Positions 1-11,541 of a stretch of DNA of 53,265 bases are shown piece by piece; within the stretch, counting starts at the first letter, position 1, and each line of letters begins with the position of its first letter. The position numbers and the translations under genes were made by a program. The stretch lies in the NCBI GenBank assembly GCA_004431415.1, contig QPMI01000051.1, forward strand, positions 1 through 53,265, given 5' to 3'. The notes beneath the pieces are model-generated. The model saw only the letters and a list, made by a program, of their open reading frames with translations. It did not search any database and was not told where the DNA came from. Source of the DNA: Cyanophora paradoxa CCMP329. Its lineage: Eukaryota > Plantae > Glaucophyta.

Positions 1-3000
1 AGAGAGCTTACTTCTCTCAATCTCAGCAGTTCTGAAACTGTAAACTTTGGCTCTCAGACCTACATACTCCAATATGCAGAACCTGGCATCTCATTTTTTA
101 TTTACCTGGGTCATTCTGGAATCACCTCAAGGTCTAATGCATAAGATATATTCTCTATCTTTTGGAATGGTCTTAGATTCAATATATAGACAGAAGGAGT
201 CAGTATCATGGAATAGTAACTTTGCTTTTGTCCATTGGGACCTTACAGTATCATAGAAGAACTGGTAATTATGCAGTTTGGCTGCATCCAAAACATAAGC
301 CCCAATTGCAACAGGCTTATCTAGTTTCACATGCTTTGTGTAAAACTCAAAGGCAACTGCTTTTTCGTTATGGGGCTTGTTGATTTCACCAATGGGGAAG
401 CTGCATATTTCATAAATAGTTCTCACTGTTGCAATCTTAACACAGATCTACCTCTGCAGATTCAATGCATTCCCATAGATTGAATTATTCATGAGCTTGT
501 AGAGAATCAGCCTCGAATTTATTCACTGCTTTCCTTCTCATCAGTATTCAGCTCAATATAGGGTTTCATTACAGGAGCCACAGTAAATGATAGGACCCTG
601 TGAACTTTTTTAATTTCACCCCTTTGTCCAACAGATATTAGGAGAGGCTCAGAAATCACATAGTTTGGTCACAGAACCAAAGGTTGCAGTTAGCTTTGGG
701 TTTTATCAAGCTCTTCTCCTGAAGATCTAATAGGCTTTTTGATATTGTGATAATTCTGCATATTCTACTATTTTCTTGTTAATAATTAGGGGGAAATCAC
801 TGTGGTCTAGATATAGCCTAATTGGGTAATCCAGATCAAACTTCCAGGAAACTGGATCTGTTATCTTGTGGGTTGAATTCGGTCTCCCATCTAAAATCAC
901 CAACTGGATTGGCTGACTCAAACAGTAGCCATACAAGTTGTTAGCATCAAAAGCATAATATGGGAGTTCTCACCATCAGCCTCAGCATACCTACAAGGCA
1001 TTGTTGCAAAGCCACCCCTGATTCCCCTCTCAACAAATTCGTATTGCTCTACATCACTTATAAGCTCTATTTTTGCCTTGGTGGTCCTAAGCATAGCATC
1101 CCAAGATAACCCAGGTGCAGATACATAATGAACTGGGTCAAGTCCATATACTGAGTGTGAAAGCCTTCTGAAGCTTGGAATTTGTTCATTAACTCATCTA
1201 CATCAGCAGCTCCAAATCCATGAAATTACTTGCATCAATGAACTTGTAAAGACCCATTGCAATGAAAGGTATTGATCAAAGTTTTTCGAAAGGATTTCGA
1301 TTCGCTTTTTATCACCCATGCCTGCTATTTTCTGAAAATGAATGTCCCACAGTCATCCATTTGGTCAACAACACTGCTACTTTGTTTGCTTTGAGATTCT
1401 CCTATGGAGATTGCAGTTTCTGCATGCAGGAGCAATATAATGACCTGTGTGGTGATCATGATCCCTGCATTTGAAGTTCTCTTGTGAACCTCTCACTGCA
1501 AAGGTAACAGTGTTTTAGTAGCCCTGTAAACAGCCTTTTGCTCATCTGTGAGTTCATTCATGGGAATATTGGTAAACAGGAAGTCAATTAGCTCTCTTGC
1601 TTTGGATTCCAAGCATTCAAACAGACCTCCCATTGGATCCTGACCCTCAAATCGAAAATCTTGAACATCTGCCCCAGTGACTATTCTAATGTTGACTGCT
1701 GAGACTTCCCTCTTGGATTTCGATGCATCTATGGGATGCTTCTATGTTCAATCTTGCAGTAAACAAACAGGAAGCCAACAGTTTTCCTGAGGTTTTTCAG
1801 TCCAAACTCTATGGTGGTCTCAGGTTTTGGTGTGATTCCCTTTGAGAGTCTCCAATCAATGCATCTGTTTGAGTCCACATGAGCAGTGAGTTTAGCCTCA
1901 GACCTGAATCGAGATAAGCATGTGTCACAGTAGTGTAACTTCTGATCATTGTATGTTTCATGGTTTACTTTCAATAGCCTTGAAAGGGACATGATTGTAA
2001 TATAGTGACCATTCCCTTCATCATCAAATATCAGCATGAGATTAACCTTATGCTTTCTGCCTGGGTTACTTGATTGATGCAGGGGATAAATAACCTCTCC
2101 ATCGATTCCAAATATATTAATGCTAATGCCTGCATTTTGAGCCTCGAATTTATCAATAATATCAGCATCACAGGCAACAGGGAATGGGATGTTATCGAAA
2201 TTGAGAGCCAGCGGATTATAAGCGATTGCTGAGTATTTCCATTTGCGATATTGTGAAAGCTCATTCCTCTTATGGAGTTTATCGCTTTTCTGTGAATATA
2301 TGCCAAAATTGCATTTTCGAAGCAGGAATCATCAATATTTCGAATATTTACTGTGGCTCTCTTCCTAGCAATCCACTCTGGGGTTTGTAGAAAGCATCCA
2401 CCAGTTGGAGCATAACTCATAATAGCCACTCTGAGTATTTCAATTCTTTCTAAGCGATAGCTATCAACCACATTCATCTGCTCCTGACACATTTGGGCTG
2501 CTTTATTCAGCTCAGTTCGAATATTTCTCGACCTGGTTAATACAAGTAATCACTGTAAATGTATTTCGATATCCAAACCTGTGGATTGCTCACTTTAACG
2601 AACTTGCAGATAAAAGACAAGCGAACCTTGATTGCCCTGAATTGATCTAAACCCTGCTTTAATCGATTTGGAAGGGATGTAGCAATTCTGTCCAGGAATT
2701 CAATCACATCTACAACAACTTCCCTTCTGGCTCTGTAAGTGAGCCAGCGATATAATTCATTCATGGCTGTTCCATCTTCTGCCTCTGGTTCTATTTGCCT
2801 AGCCTATCCAATTCATCCAAGGTTTCAATTTTATCATATAGGTTATTTGCTTTTCTGGTTAATCTGCTAAAGTGGGTCTGCCCTTTGCAATTAAATCTAT
2901 TTCCTCATATTCAGCCTCTGTAATTTCATGGCTGCATAAGTGTTCCCAGCAATCCCATGAGTTCCCATTTCTTTCCCTTATGAGTTTGTTGGTAATTCGG

Positions 3001-3005
3001 GGCAT
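1..3005 (-). CDS. polB: Protein-primed family B DNA polymerase (Polinton type), fragmented by many frameshifts and truncated by the window edge
   Basis: Minus-strand motifs read across frames: YAFDANNLYG (motif A, ~930-958), YKLMNNSIYG (motif B, ~470-503), FHDTDS (motif C, ~195-215), YGLDPVHYVSAPGLSWDAML (~1090-1150), ERGIRGG, EYVGLRAKVYS. The N-terminal part has GGCFLQTPEWIARKRATVNIRN..CF (OTU-like), a C2H2-type finger and an endonuclease-VII-like RDHDHHTGH..ACRNCN. The start ATG at 3005 is inferred. Confidence 0.93.
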
Positions 3006-3156
3006 TATTCCTAACTTGTTCCTATTCTAAGGGGATATTTTATTTTAGGATGTTCTAAACGCAATTTAAAATGTTTTAATGGATCCACTGGCTTCCTCTG
3101 AATGGAATCGCAAAAACCTATTAATCTAAATCGGGATTTCGGTTTTTGTAAATTGA

Positions 3157-3414
3157 CTATCCAAGGTTCAAAGAGATACATGTAATATGCTTCTTGTTCA
3201 TTAGGTCTTCATGCCCACCCTTCTTACTTGAATACAGGACTGAGAACTTCACATCAGAAGCCTTGCATAGGTCTGCTGTAGATGGCATTTGACCTGATTT
3301 GTGTTGTCTCCATCTTTTTTGAAGTGGCTGTGAGGTTCTTCCTATGTAGACTTTGTTCATTTCCTGACTCTCAATCATATAGATCGATCCAGAATCATGA
3401 TCTGTTCCAGCCAT
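3157..3414 (-). CDS. GIY-YIG endonuclease (short; C-terminus probably frameshifted)
   Basis: GSIYMIES...KVYIGRTSQPLQKRWRQHKS is the canonical GIY..YIG..R..QH pattern. Confidence 0.85.
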   Translation of the reverse strand: MAGTDHDSGSIYMIESQEMNKVYIGRTSQPLQKRWRQHKSGQMPSTADLCKASDVKFSVLYSSKKGGHEDLMNKKHITCISLNLG

Positions 3415-3465
3415 TTCTTACTAGTTACATATAAATATATTTTTCTATCTCTTAAATCATTTTTT

Positions 3466-3660
3466 GGTTGACTTAGTGGGTGGAGTTGAGGCACTTTTTA
3501 TTTCTTTTTAGGGCAGAGTCCTCTTTTAGAATCTGTGAAAAAATGAGTCAACTCCCCCCACTTAGTCAACCTAATCGATAAATAAACCATAAATAAAAGA
3601 CTGTTTGGGTCTTTTATGATAAATTTGAGTCAACTGTGAGTCCACTTTTGAGTAAACCTA
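3466..3660. repeat. Inverted-repeat/iteron block A (candidate origin or recombination site)
   Basis: GGTTGACTTAGTGGGTGGAGTTGAG (3466-3490) is an imperfect inverted repeat of GTCAACTCCCCCCACTTAGTCAACC (3547-3571). Further GAGTC(A/C)AC units occur at ~3625-3650. Homologous to block B. Confidence 0.8.
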
Positions 3661-6237
3661 AACTTCAACATCAGAGTCATAATCTGATGCATCAGGATCA
3701 GCAGCAGGTAGTTCTTGTTTCATCCTTGGATTAGCTTCTTCCTCAATGGTCTCATCATCTACAAGCTTCATCTTTCTGAATTCCTCAAATACTTGTGGGA
3801 ACAAGAAATGATAGTATTGTTTGCCATTTGTAGTTTTCACTTGGATATATGTACACTTCGCATTTCTGTATAATATCTGCGACTATTATAATCGTTTTTA
3901 TATTTGTTGCTGGTAATAACTCCTGGAACCATTTCCAGGTTTCCACAAGGCTACCAGACTTGCATTTATTCTCGGAAATTAAGCCTCGATCCACAAGCCA
4001 CTTAGTGAACATAAGAATGATTGGGGCGCATACCTGCTGGGCTAAATAGTATTTATTTGTAAGGGGTCTATCAGCAATCCAGTTCACATCCTCACAGTCA
4101 ACTTTGGTTCTCAAATAGTGGGCAATGTTTCGAATATTGCAGTGATCATTTAGCCATTTTACAAGTGGAAGGAAGTATGACCTATCCTTTGCGAATTTCT
4201 TACTAACTTCAACAACCACAAATCGCCTATCTCCAGCTTCAATTTTTACTGGAATGTTGTTATTGCTGGTGAATATAATCCTGGCAAAGTTGCTTTTTGT
4301 GTATGAATCTATCCCTTTGTGTTCAATTACAATCTTATCAGAAGTTATGAGATCTTTGAGCATATCATTATTTTCGAATGTGTCCTTGCCTGAGGCTTCA
4401 TTGACAACAATCAAGATCTTATCCTCTCTATGGGCAAATCGACCAAACAGATCCTCTTTTGGCTTACCAGTTGCATAACTCAGGGCATCTCCAAGTATCT
4501 TCTTTTGGAAAGTATCAACCAACACATTCTTACCAGTTCCCTGTTCACCAATGAAGATTAAGGATACTCCATTGAGTTCCCCAGGCTTTGCAGCATGTGG
4601 GCAAACCATTTCAACAGATATTCATAGGTATTTGATCCTCACCAGACATTAAGAACAAGTGATCAAGGAACAGGCTTAATCATCTCAGCAGTTACATCCT
4701 CTGGAGCATTTTCGAATTGCTGATGGTCGACCTTCATTCCTGGATAGAGATTAAATACAGGACTTGCATTTTGCACTGAGAGTAGCAGGAGGTGGGAGGA
4801 AATCCATGTAAGTTGATCTTGTGGCTGTTGGATCCACAATCCATTTCCTAAATGATTGCTCCCATTTCTCTTTCTCATTATCTGTCCCCATTCACAATCA
4901 CCTTATGCATCAATGTGGGGAAATGCTTGTAGACAGTTTTCCAATGTCTTTGGGCATCCAGCAAAAGTAGTTGTTCATCCCAGAGCATCACACAACCAAC
5001 ATTTTCAACATGATGCATGCGAGCATTGAAATACCTCTAATGCACATTGTAATGTTCAGCCAAGGAGGGATACTTGCAGTCTTGTAATCGATTTCATCTG
5101 TGTCCTCTGGTAGGAATGCATACTTTTTGGGGAAGAGTTCCTTGAAAAGCTCATTGTTATCTTGCTCAACCAATAAACCAAGGATTTGAAGGTCAACACT
5201 TTGCCAGGCTCAGCCTTCTTCTTGCTTCTGCGAAGCTGTGTAAACTTCTCCTGGCATTCATCATAATCACTTGTCACTCTGTTCTGAGAATTGGTGGAAG
5301 AGTTCAGCTTGCATTTTAGGGGTAAATTTGTTGTCTTCCCCAACATTGATGATGACCAGTCCTACATCAATCAAGTTTTATACTCATTAGCTCTCTCACC
5401 ATTCAGACCATTATAACACTTTGTAGCAGTTCGAAAGTAACAGGATTTTCGGGTTCAGTGTCTTTTTCAGCTTCTACCTTCTCAGTCTTCACTTTATCAC
5501 TTTTTGGCTCCTTTTTAACTGGTTTTGGCTCAGGGCTATAATTTGCAATGCAGAAATATTTGATTCATCCACAAGTTTAGTAGTAGCTGAGAAGTAAGAT
5601 ACAAAGAAGTCCTCATTTCGCATTAACACTTTGTCACAGTCAACGAATTTCTTAAAGCAAACGTTTTTATCAACATCTTTTTTCGACTTATTTTGAGCAT
5701 CCAGAGTCTCACCTTTGCAGCAATTGAGGCAGATTAGGTTCTGTGTGGAGCTGTAAACTCCACTGTCATAATCCTCATTTTTCACCAATCCCATCGCTTT
5801 GAAAAGCTTGGGGATATCTTCATGTTTGCATGCAAGCGATTTAATAATAAAGTGGGCTGAATCTTGAACTTGGTGACATCCTCCTTAATCAAATAAACCC
5901 TTCTATGGCGAACTGCAACAGCAATATCGTTAATAGAAGTGGTACCAGATCGCTTCCATAGCTTATCTCTCATCTCTCTTACAACAGTTTCCGCCTCAGC
6001 ATAGTTATCAGCAATGTTCTCCTTCAAATCAGCGAATTTATCCAGGTCCAGGTAAACTCTGGTCACTTGCTCAGGTTGAATGCATTCAGCCCAGGTCTTA
6101 ACTTGCTATTATCAATGGCTTCAAGGGCATCTTCGGCAGAATCAAATACATGGGTGACCTTGTTGCGATCACCAATGAGAGTACTAAGGAATGTAGCATT
6201 TTTCAACAGGGGTGGCGAATTTCTCGATTTTGTTCAT
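3658..6237 (-). CDS. D5-like AEP primase - PriCT-2 - superfamily 3 helicase fusion (fragmented by frameshifts)
   Basis: RVYLDLD (AEP motif I) and DSGVYSSTQNL (AEP motif III); LTFKSLVYWVEQDN (PriCT-2-like); GEQGTGKN Walker A, ILIVVNEA Walker B, IIFTSNN motif C and DRRF in ORF 3785-4609. The start ATG at 6237 is inferred. Confidence 0.88.
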
Positions 6238-6419
6238 TTTCGATTTTGGGGACTTCTACCTTTAACGAAGAAAATAATTTCGGAAGGAGGAATTGTCTTT
6301 TAATATAATTCCTATTATTTGCAAGTCCTTAAGTAGTTTTGGGTCGGGATACTGTCTCGATATAGTAGGGTACAGTTTTTAAAAAAGAGGGAAGGAAAGC
6401 TGTCATTTTTTTGCTCCGA

Positions 6420-6790
6420 TCAAATCGATTTCTACAAAATTTGTTTCGATCGAGAATTTATTCTTCGATATATTTCGCGAGGTCTTCCAACCGGTTTATG
6501 CTCTTTGGGTTTCTTGGGCTGTTCATCTTTCTTCTTGTGGTAATATTCCAGCGCTTTGCCTTTTTTTGCTCCGCGATATTCCTTCATTTTTCCACTGTTT
6601 TCCTCTGGTGTCTGAGGGCAATCTTTTTGAGTTCTTTCTGGTGTGTGAACTGTAGCGGCTCCTTGGGATAATCGTTCCTGCTTCTTTTTATGATAGGCTT
6701 CGCGTTTTCTTGGGCATCTTGGCTCCCTTTTCAGTCTCGAAGCTTCTCTGCTTTTTCATCATCTGTGAGTATCTTGCGGATATTCGGCAT
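6420..6790 (-). CDS. Small Lys/Arg/Glu-rich hypothetical protein (frameshifted)
   Basis: ATG at 6790 (MPNIRKILTDDEKAEKLR...) preceded by TATTAAAG, followed by K/R/E-rich broken frames. End is approximate. Confidence 0.4.
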
Positions 6791-6936
6791 TTCTCTTTAA
6801 TAGTAGATACGAAAATATTTTTCCTCAATACAATCTATCTACTTTCCTTAAGTCATTTTTTGTTGCGAACACCAGTTCCTGTCTGTAAACTTTTATAGCT
6901 GCCTCCAGTGGCATAACTGAGACCGCTTTTTCTCAA

Positions 6937-7155
6937 TTATCTTATAGACCTGGGGTCCATTGCTACTTTCAGTAGGCAAATAATATTTAATTGTCTAGCG
7001 CTCTGGGTCTCTGCTTCCCTTTTTGGGCTTCTTCTGCGGATAGATAGGATGCCAGGGCTTGCTGCTTTTTTATACTCTCTATATGCTGGGTCCTCTCTAT
7101 ATCGTTTCTGCATTGCTAGAATGTGTCTAATAGACCTCAGTAACAGGTTCATCAC
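6937..7155 (-). CDS. Small basic hypothetical protein
   Basis: MQKRYREDPAYREYKKAA resembles the basic helical DNA-binding segments common in small viral ORFs. Boundaries uncertain. Confidence 0.35.
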   Translation of the reverse strand: MMNLLLRSIRHILAMQKRYREDPAYREYKKAASPGILSIRRRSPKREAETQSARQLNIICLLKVAMDPRSIR

Positions 7156-7173
7156 TGGTAAAACTCGATTAAA

Positions 7174-7447
7174 CTAATAGTGTCCTCCATTTATATTCCA
7201 GAGAAAAACGTTTTCTGGCTGGCAGAGAACTTCTCCTTGATACTCCTGTTGCTCATATGTATACTCTGTGGGGTCTGCTGGCATTGACTCCACAGAAATC
7301 GTAGACCTCCTTCTCTCTCTTGCTTCTGAGGCATTATCCTCAGTATCTGACAATCTCAAACTCCACTCTTGTCTCACAGCATCCACTGTGGCAATTGCTC
7401 ACCACATGCAGACTGAACATCTCGAAAAACTTTCGTATTATATCCAT
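7174..7447 (-). CDS. Small hypothetical protein with SNCHSGCC cysteine motif (frameshifted)
   Basis: ATG 7447 gives MDIIRKFFEMFSLHVVSNCHSGCCETRVEFEI, then shifts into the 7174-7386 frame. Confidence 0.4.
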
Positions 7448-7656
7448 GTCTCTAATAAAACAGAGATAATTAAAAGCCAAACTCGTCTTTTATATACTGT
7501 GGGAGCTACTCCCTTTCCTACTTCAGCTTTAGTGGCACCAGGTTCAATGGTTCCCTTCTGGGTCTTTGTTTTCATTTCATCTACTGCCCTGCTCATCGAT
7601 TTGTGTTCTCTTTCTTAGCAATAAACTGTTTATCTGGGACACCAGTAATGCCCATT

Positions 7657-8209
7657 TTAATAAACTTCCTTTCGAAGCATCTCCTTTAGCTTGGCTCTCT
7701 CTTTCTTCTCAGTAACATACTGCTCCAAGGCACTTGATTTGGCTTCCAGATCTTTGAGTTTAGCAGTCATCTCATCCCATTGAGCCTTGGGAATTCGATG
7801 AATATTTTGAGTGGGAGCAGTCTTATATGTGACTTCACCAGCCATAGACTGGATTACCTTGTCTGATTCTTTACTGAGACCCTCACCTTTGCGAGCCAGT
7901 GATAGATCTTGCAAGCCTAAACCTTTATCATCAGCAGCACCAATAATTCGCCTGGCTCCCGCTCAGCAACAGCCTTCATCTTTGAGGCTTCAGGTGAAAT
8001 GTTGGAGTTGGTCACTGGTTGAAGCCTGTGGGGCTTTGTCATCAAATGATTCCTCATAGGCAGCATTGAGGGGGTCTTCTTGTTGTTGAGAGGGCTTCAC
8101 TTCATTCATACCATTGAATTCAGTGGGTCTGTGTTAATGGATCCATTGTTTCCACCACCTGAATAGCCAACAGCCCCAGCTGGGATCCTATCTTTCGTTT
8201 GGGAGGCAT
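7657..8209 (-). CDS. Hypothetical protein with N-terminal PPKRK and C-terminal coiled coil (possible core protein; frameshifted)
   Basis: ATG 8209 MPPKRK preceded by TAATAAAG. ORF 7657-7914 contains the coiled-coil WDEMTAKLKDLEAKSSALEQYV. Confidence 0.45.
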
Positions 8210-8271
8210 TGTATCTTTATTAGAATGAGAGATAATTTTATAAACCGCGTTTATATCGCATCAATTTATTG

Positions 8272-9015
8272 CTATGGACTTGGCTTTTCACTTCTTTGGG
8301 GCTTCCTCTTTCTCTGGTGGTTTCAGTTCATCTTCTTTCTTTTTGGCTTCCTGTGGAAGCGAGGAAATGGGAAATCTTTCACAAGCTCAGCTTTATCTAC
8401 ATAGTATTTAACTGAGTAGTTTGCAGAGGACCAAATGATATACTGATAGGAGTGAACATACTCTTCAAACATCTTGTAGAAATCCTCTTTATTTCGCATA
8501 TATTGTATTCTTCCTCTATGGCTTCCAGTTCTTTGCGATTTGCAGCACTTAGAAACATTGCATAATCCGAATTTACTCGAATAGTCGAAGAGACTTTTCT
8601 TAGCTTTTGTGTGATGCAGATAATGGATATTTTCGAATGGCGACCTCTGGAATACAGAGATCCGATTATTTATCCCTTGTGAGATCGACTATCTCATTAT
8701 CGATTAAATCATCTAAAACCAACACAATTGGTTAACAGGTTCACCTTTCTCTATTTTCTCTTGCCTCTCATCTAGCAATTTAGCAATGTAAGGGGCATCC
8801 CATTTTCCCAGTTGCAGTGTTGCCACTTTATCCCAGAAATGATTGAAGCTGGTTCCACTCACAACTAATACAACATCAATCTTTTTGGCATCATGTAATT
8901 GCTTTAACCAATACTTTACAGCTTCTGATTTACCAGTTGCTGATTTTCCTATTGCCAATACACGAAATGGTGGTTCTATCATTTCACCAGCCACAAATTC
9001 ATCCAAATCAGTCAT
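8272..9015 (-). CDS. A32/FtsK-HerA family genome-packaging ATPase (frameshifted)
   Basis: PFRVLAIGKSATGKS Walker A. After a shift near 8715 it reads ..DDLI (Walker B) and GSLYSRGRHSKISIICITQKLRKVSSTIRVNSDY (the A32 RGRH..Q..R.N signature). End is approximate. Confidence 0.92.
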
Positions 9016-9080
9016 TGTTGTATATCTTTCTTAATAAAGACATATAAAAATAATGCAGGGAGACTGAAAATCGTAACAAT

Positions 9081-10450
9081 CTATAAATTAATTCTGCGTA
9101 AACCATCTTTGTCGACAATAATAAAGCTATGCATGAGAGCGCGAACATTAACATCGATTACCTTATCTGAGGGCATGTAGAGGGTGAGGAAGGAAGAAGA
9201 GGAATTTGTTAAATCAACATAACCAGACTGGGCAATATTTCGAATTGCCTTTTCTCCATCAAGACAGAATGGGAGTCCTGAGAGGACATAGCGATCAGCA
9301 ACCTTATCCATGTTAGAGCATTTGAAGGCATCAGCAATTAGCTCAGCACCTTTGAGTAGGGAAATTGGCTCAGTGGCAAAAAGTCGCTGACCATTTATTT
9401 CAGTTGTAAATGTTATGTCTTTGGATTGGCATAGGTCTTAAGAACACTGTGGGAGCCATTGGATTTGTCAACAGTTTCATGATCACGAACTGAAACAAGC
9501 AGAGCATATACAAGACCTGAGATTTGAGAGAGGTTAATTCGATTGGGTTGGGCATTGCCCTTGGCAGGGAAAGCACTAGCATCTACAAATCCAATATCAA
9601 GGGAGGGAATAGCCATGCCAGTTGTCTTAACCTTTTCAATGACAGTAGCGAAAAGCTCATCAGAAACATTAATAGCATGCATGTAAAGGCGAGGAGAAGT
9701 AATAGAAATAACAGGAGTTGTTGCACCAAGACTGAAAGTTGTGATATTTTGACCAACATGGGCAAGTGTGGCATTAGCAGTATCACCAAGACCATCATCT
9801 TCTGTCTTATCAGCAACTGTCCCACCAACAACAGGGAGAGAGCGACCACCATAGGAAGTTTCAACATAACCCTTTCCAGCATCCTTAAACCAAACAGTAA
9901 CAACCATTTCACCAGATAAAGCACCAAGGGGAAGGTAGTGATTTAGCCAAGGCACAGGGATTTCAACAAAGAATGAGCCACCAAGGCGGTTGGTTCCATG
10001 AGCAGGGATGCCATGAACCATGCCCATTGATCGCTTCTTTTTAGCTAGTTGATCCTCCGAATAATAGACCAGGGGGAAATGAGCAAGGAAATCAGATGGA
10101 ATATGGTAGGTGTAAGATCCATAGGTAATTTCAAGTCGCTGAACTAAAGCACCAACTGGGCGAGTGTATCCATTGCGAACTAGGTCAGTATCACCAGCAA
10201 ACGTGATGGCTGGAAGGTCGAAAGCAAGTTCGAGTTTTCCACAGAAATTGTAGCGAGGTAGCTTGAAGGAAATGCGATTTCCAACATTATTCTCAAAAGT
10301 ATTGCTGGGATTCACAACAACTAGAACTGGCTTAGATTTGGATTCGAGACCAAGCATAAGGGAGTTATCCAGGAAAAAGGCTTTCGCCTCTTCTGGGGTT
10401 GTTAGGGCTTCTTTCAGCGAAAGTCTTTGAAGAGTGGAAGTGATATCCAT
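9081..10450 (-). CDS. Major capsid protein, double jelly-roll (ORFs 9413-10492 and 9081-9311 joined by one frameshift, ~455 aa)
   Basis: ISFKLPRYNFCGKLELAFDLP..ALVQRLEITYG..FFVEIPVPW..LPLGAL..SGYVDLTN fits the PLV/NCLDV MCP pattern. Size and position between ATPase and penton fit. Likely start is MDITS at 10450. Confidence 0.8.
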
Positions 10451-10503
10451 TATATTCTCTTTTATTATACTGCAACATAAAAAATCTACCAATGATCCTT
10501 AAT

Positions 10504-11512
10504 TTATGCGAAGTTTGTAATAACTGGATAGGAAGGGTGAAGCTGTGACATTCGCATCTTGAAGTATTCATAAACTGGGTCCCCAGCTGGCTCATCACCA
10601 TAGCGAATTTCAAAGGTAAGATGAACAGGTTGACCCTCAAAATCAATTGGTTCATTAATAGCATTTACAATATCAACCGAGAAAGTGGATAATCCAACCT
10701 TTTTATTATAGTATTTGTAAAGTGGGTGAGCTTCTGTTGAATTGTAAACAACATGCTCACCATAGTCTTTATCAGGGACCACTATTTTGTGAAAGTAACC
10801 AGTCAGAAGACCATCCCCACATTGCACCAGATCACCCAGCTCCTTTACTCTCACAAACAAAACACTGTCCCTGGTCTTCTCAGGCTCAAAAGAAGATATA
10901 ATGCCATTCACGCGACCACCAGTAAAGATTCCATCAGTGAGAGCATCATAGACCTGTGATTGGATTGGGGAGTTACCATATCTTCCAGGATCAAGACCCA
11001 GCAGTCTAGCTGAACTCAACAGCTTTTGGATTGTTTGTTGGCTTGGGTTCACAGCTACTGAGAAAGCCAAGTAAAATGGTACTGCTGAGTGGAATATAAT
11101 TCGTTTCAGTGATTCATCCCATTTGCAGCGAATGGATGGTTGGGGATTCTGCCTTCGAATTTAGAGTTAATTACATTCACCAGTTGCTGGTGGCTTTGGA
11201 TGGGGGTGTTTCGACTTATAATGAATTGTTTCCATTGTTCATAGTCAGCAGCTGGGCGAACTGTTGGAATTCCTGAGCTTCCAGCTCCAGGAGTTTGTTC
11301 AGAATAATAAATGCTAAATGCATTGTCAACTGTCACATCTCTGCTTTGGTTTCACCACTCACCATAGGGATACTGTTATAAAATTCGGCTGAGACCAGTC
11401 TCACAGCCCTCACATTCTCATAACTACTGGGGAGTCTAGCCACAAAGCTTGATGTGGGACCATCACCAGAGATTGTATTAAATGAGCTAACCTCGATGTA
11501 ATCCACAGGCAT
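10504..11512 (-). CDS. Minor capsid (penton) protein 1, single jelly-roll (frameshifted)
   Basis: N-terminus MPVDYIEVSS..FVARLPSSYENVRAVRLVSAEFYNS and C-terminus LFVRVKEL..LSTFSVDIVNAINEPIDFEGQPVHLTFEI match penton termini. Confidence 0.75.
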
Positions 11513-11541
11513 TCTTCTTTTATCTATATTTATATATTAAA

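Noticed and set aside
1-9400. Alternative genetic code or introns explaining broken viral ORFs
   Set aside because: Breaks are frame changes rather than a consistent in-frame stop, and neighbouring viral genes read through in the standard code.
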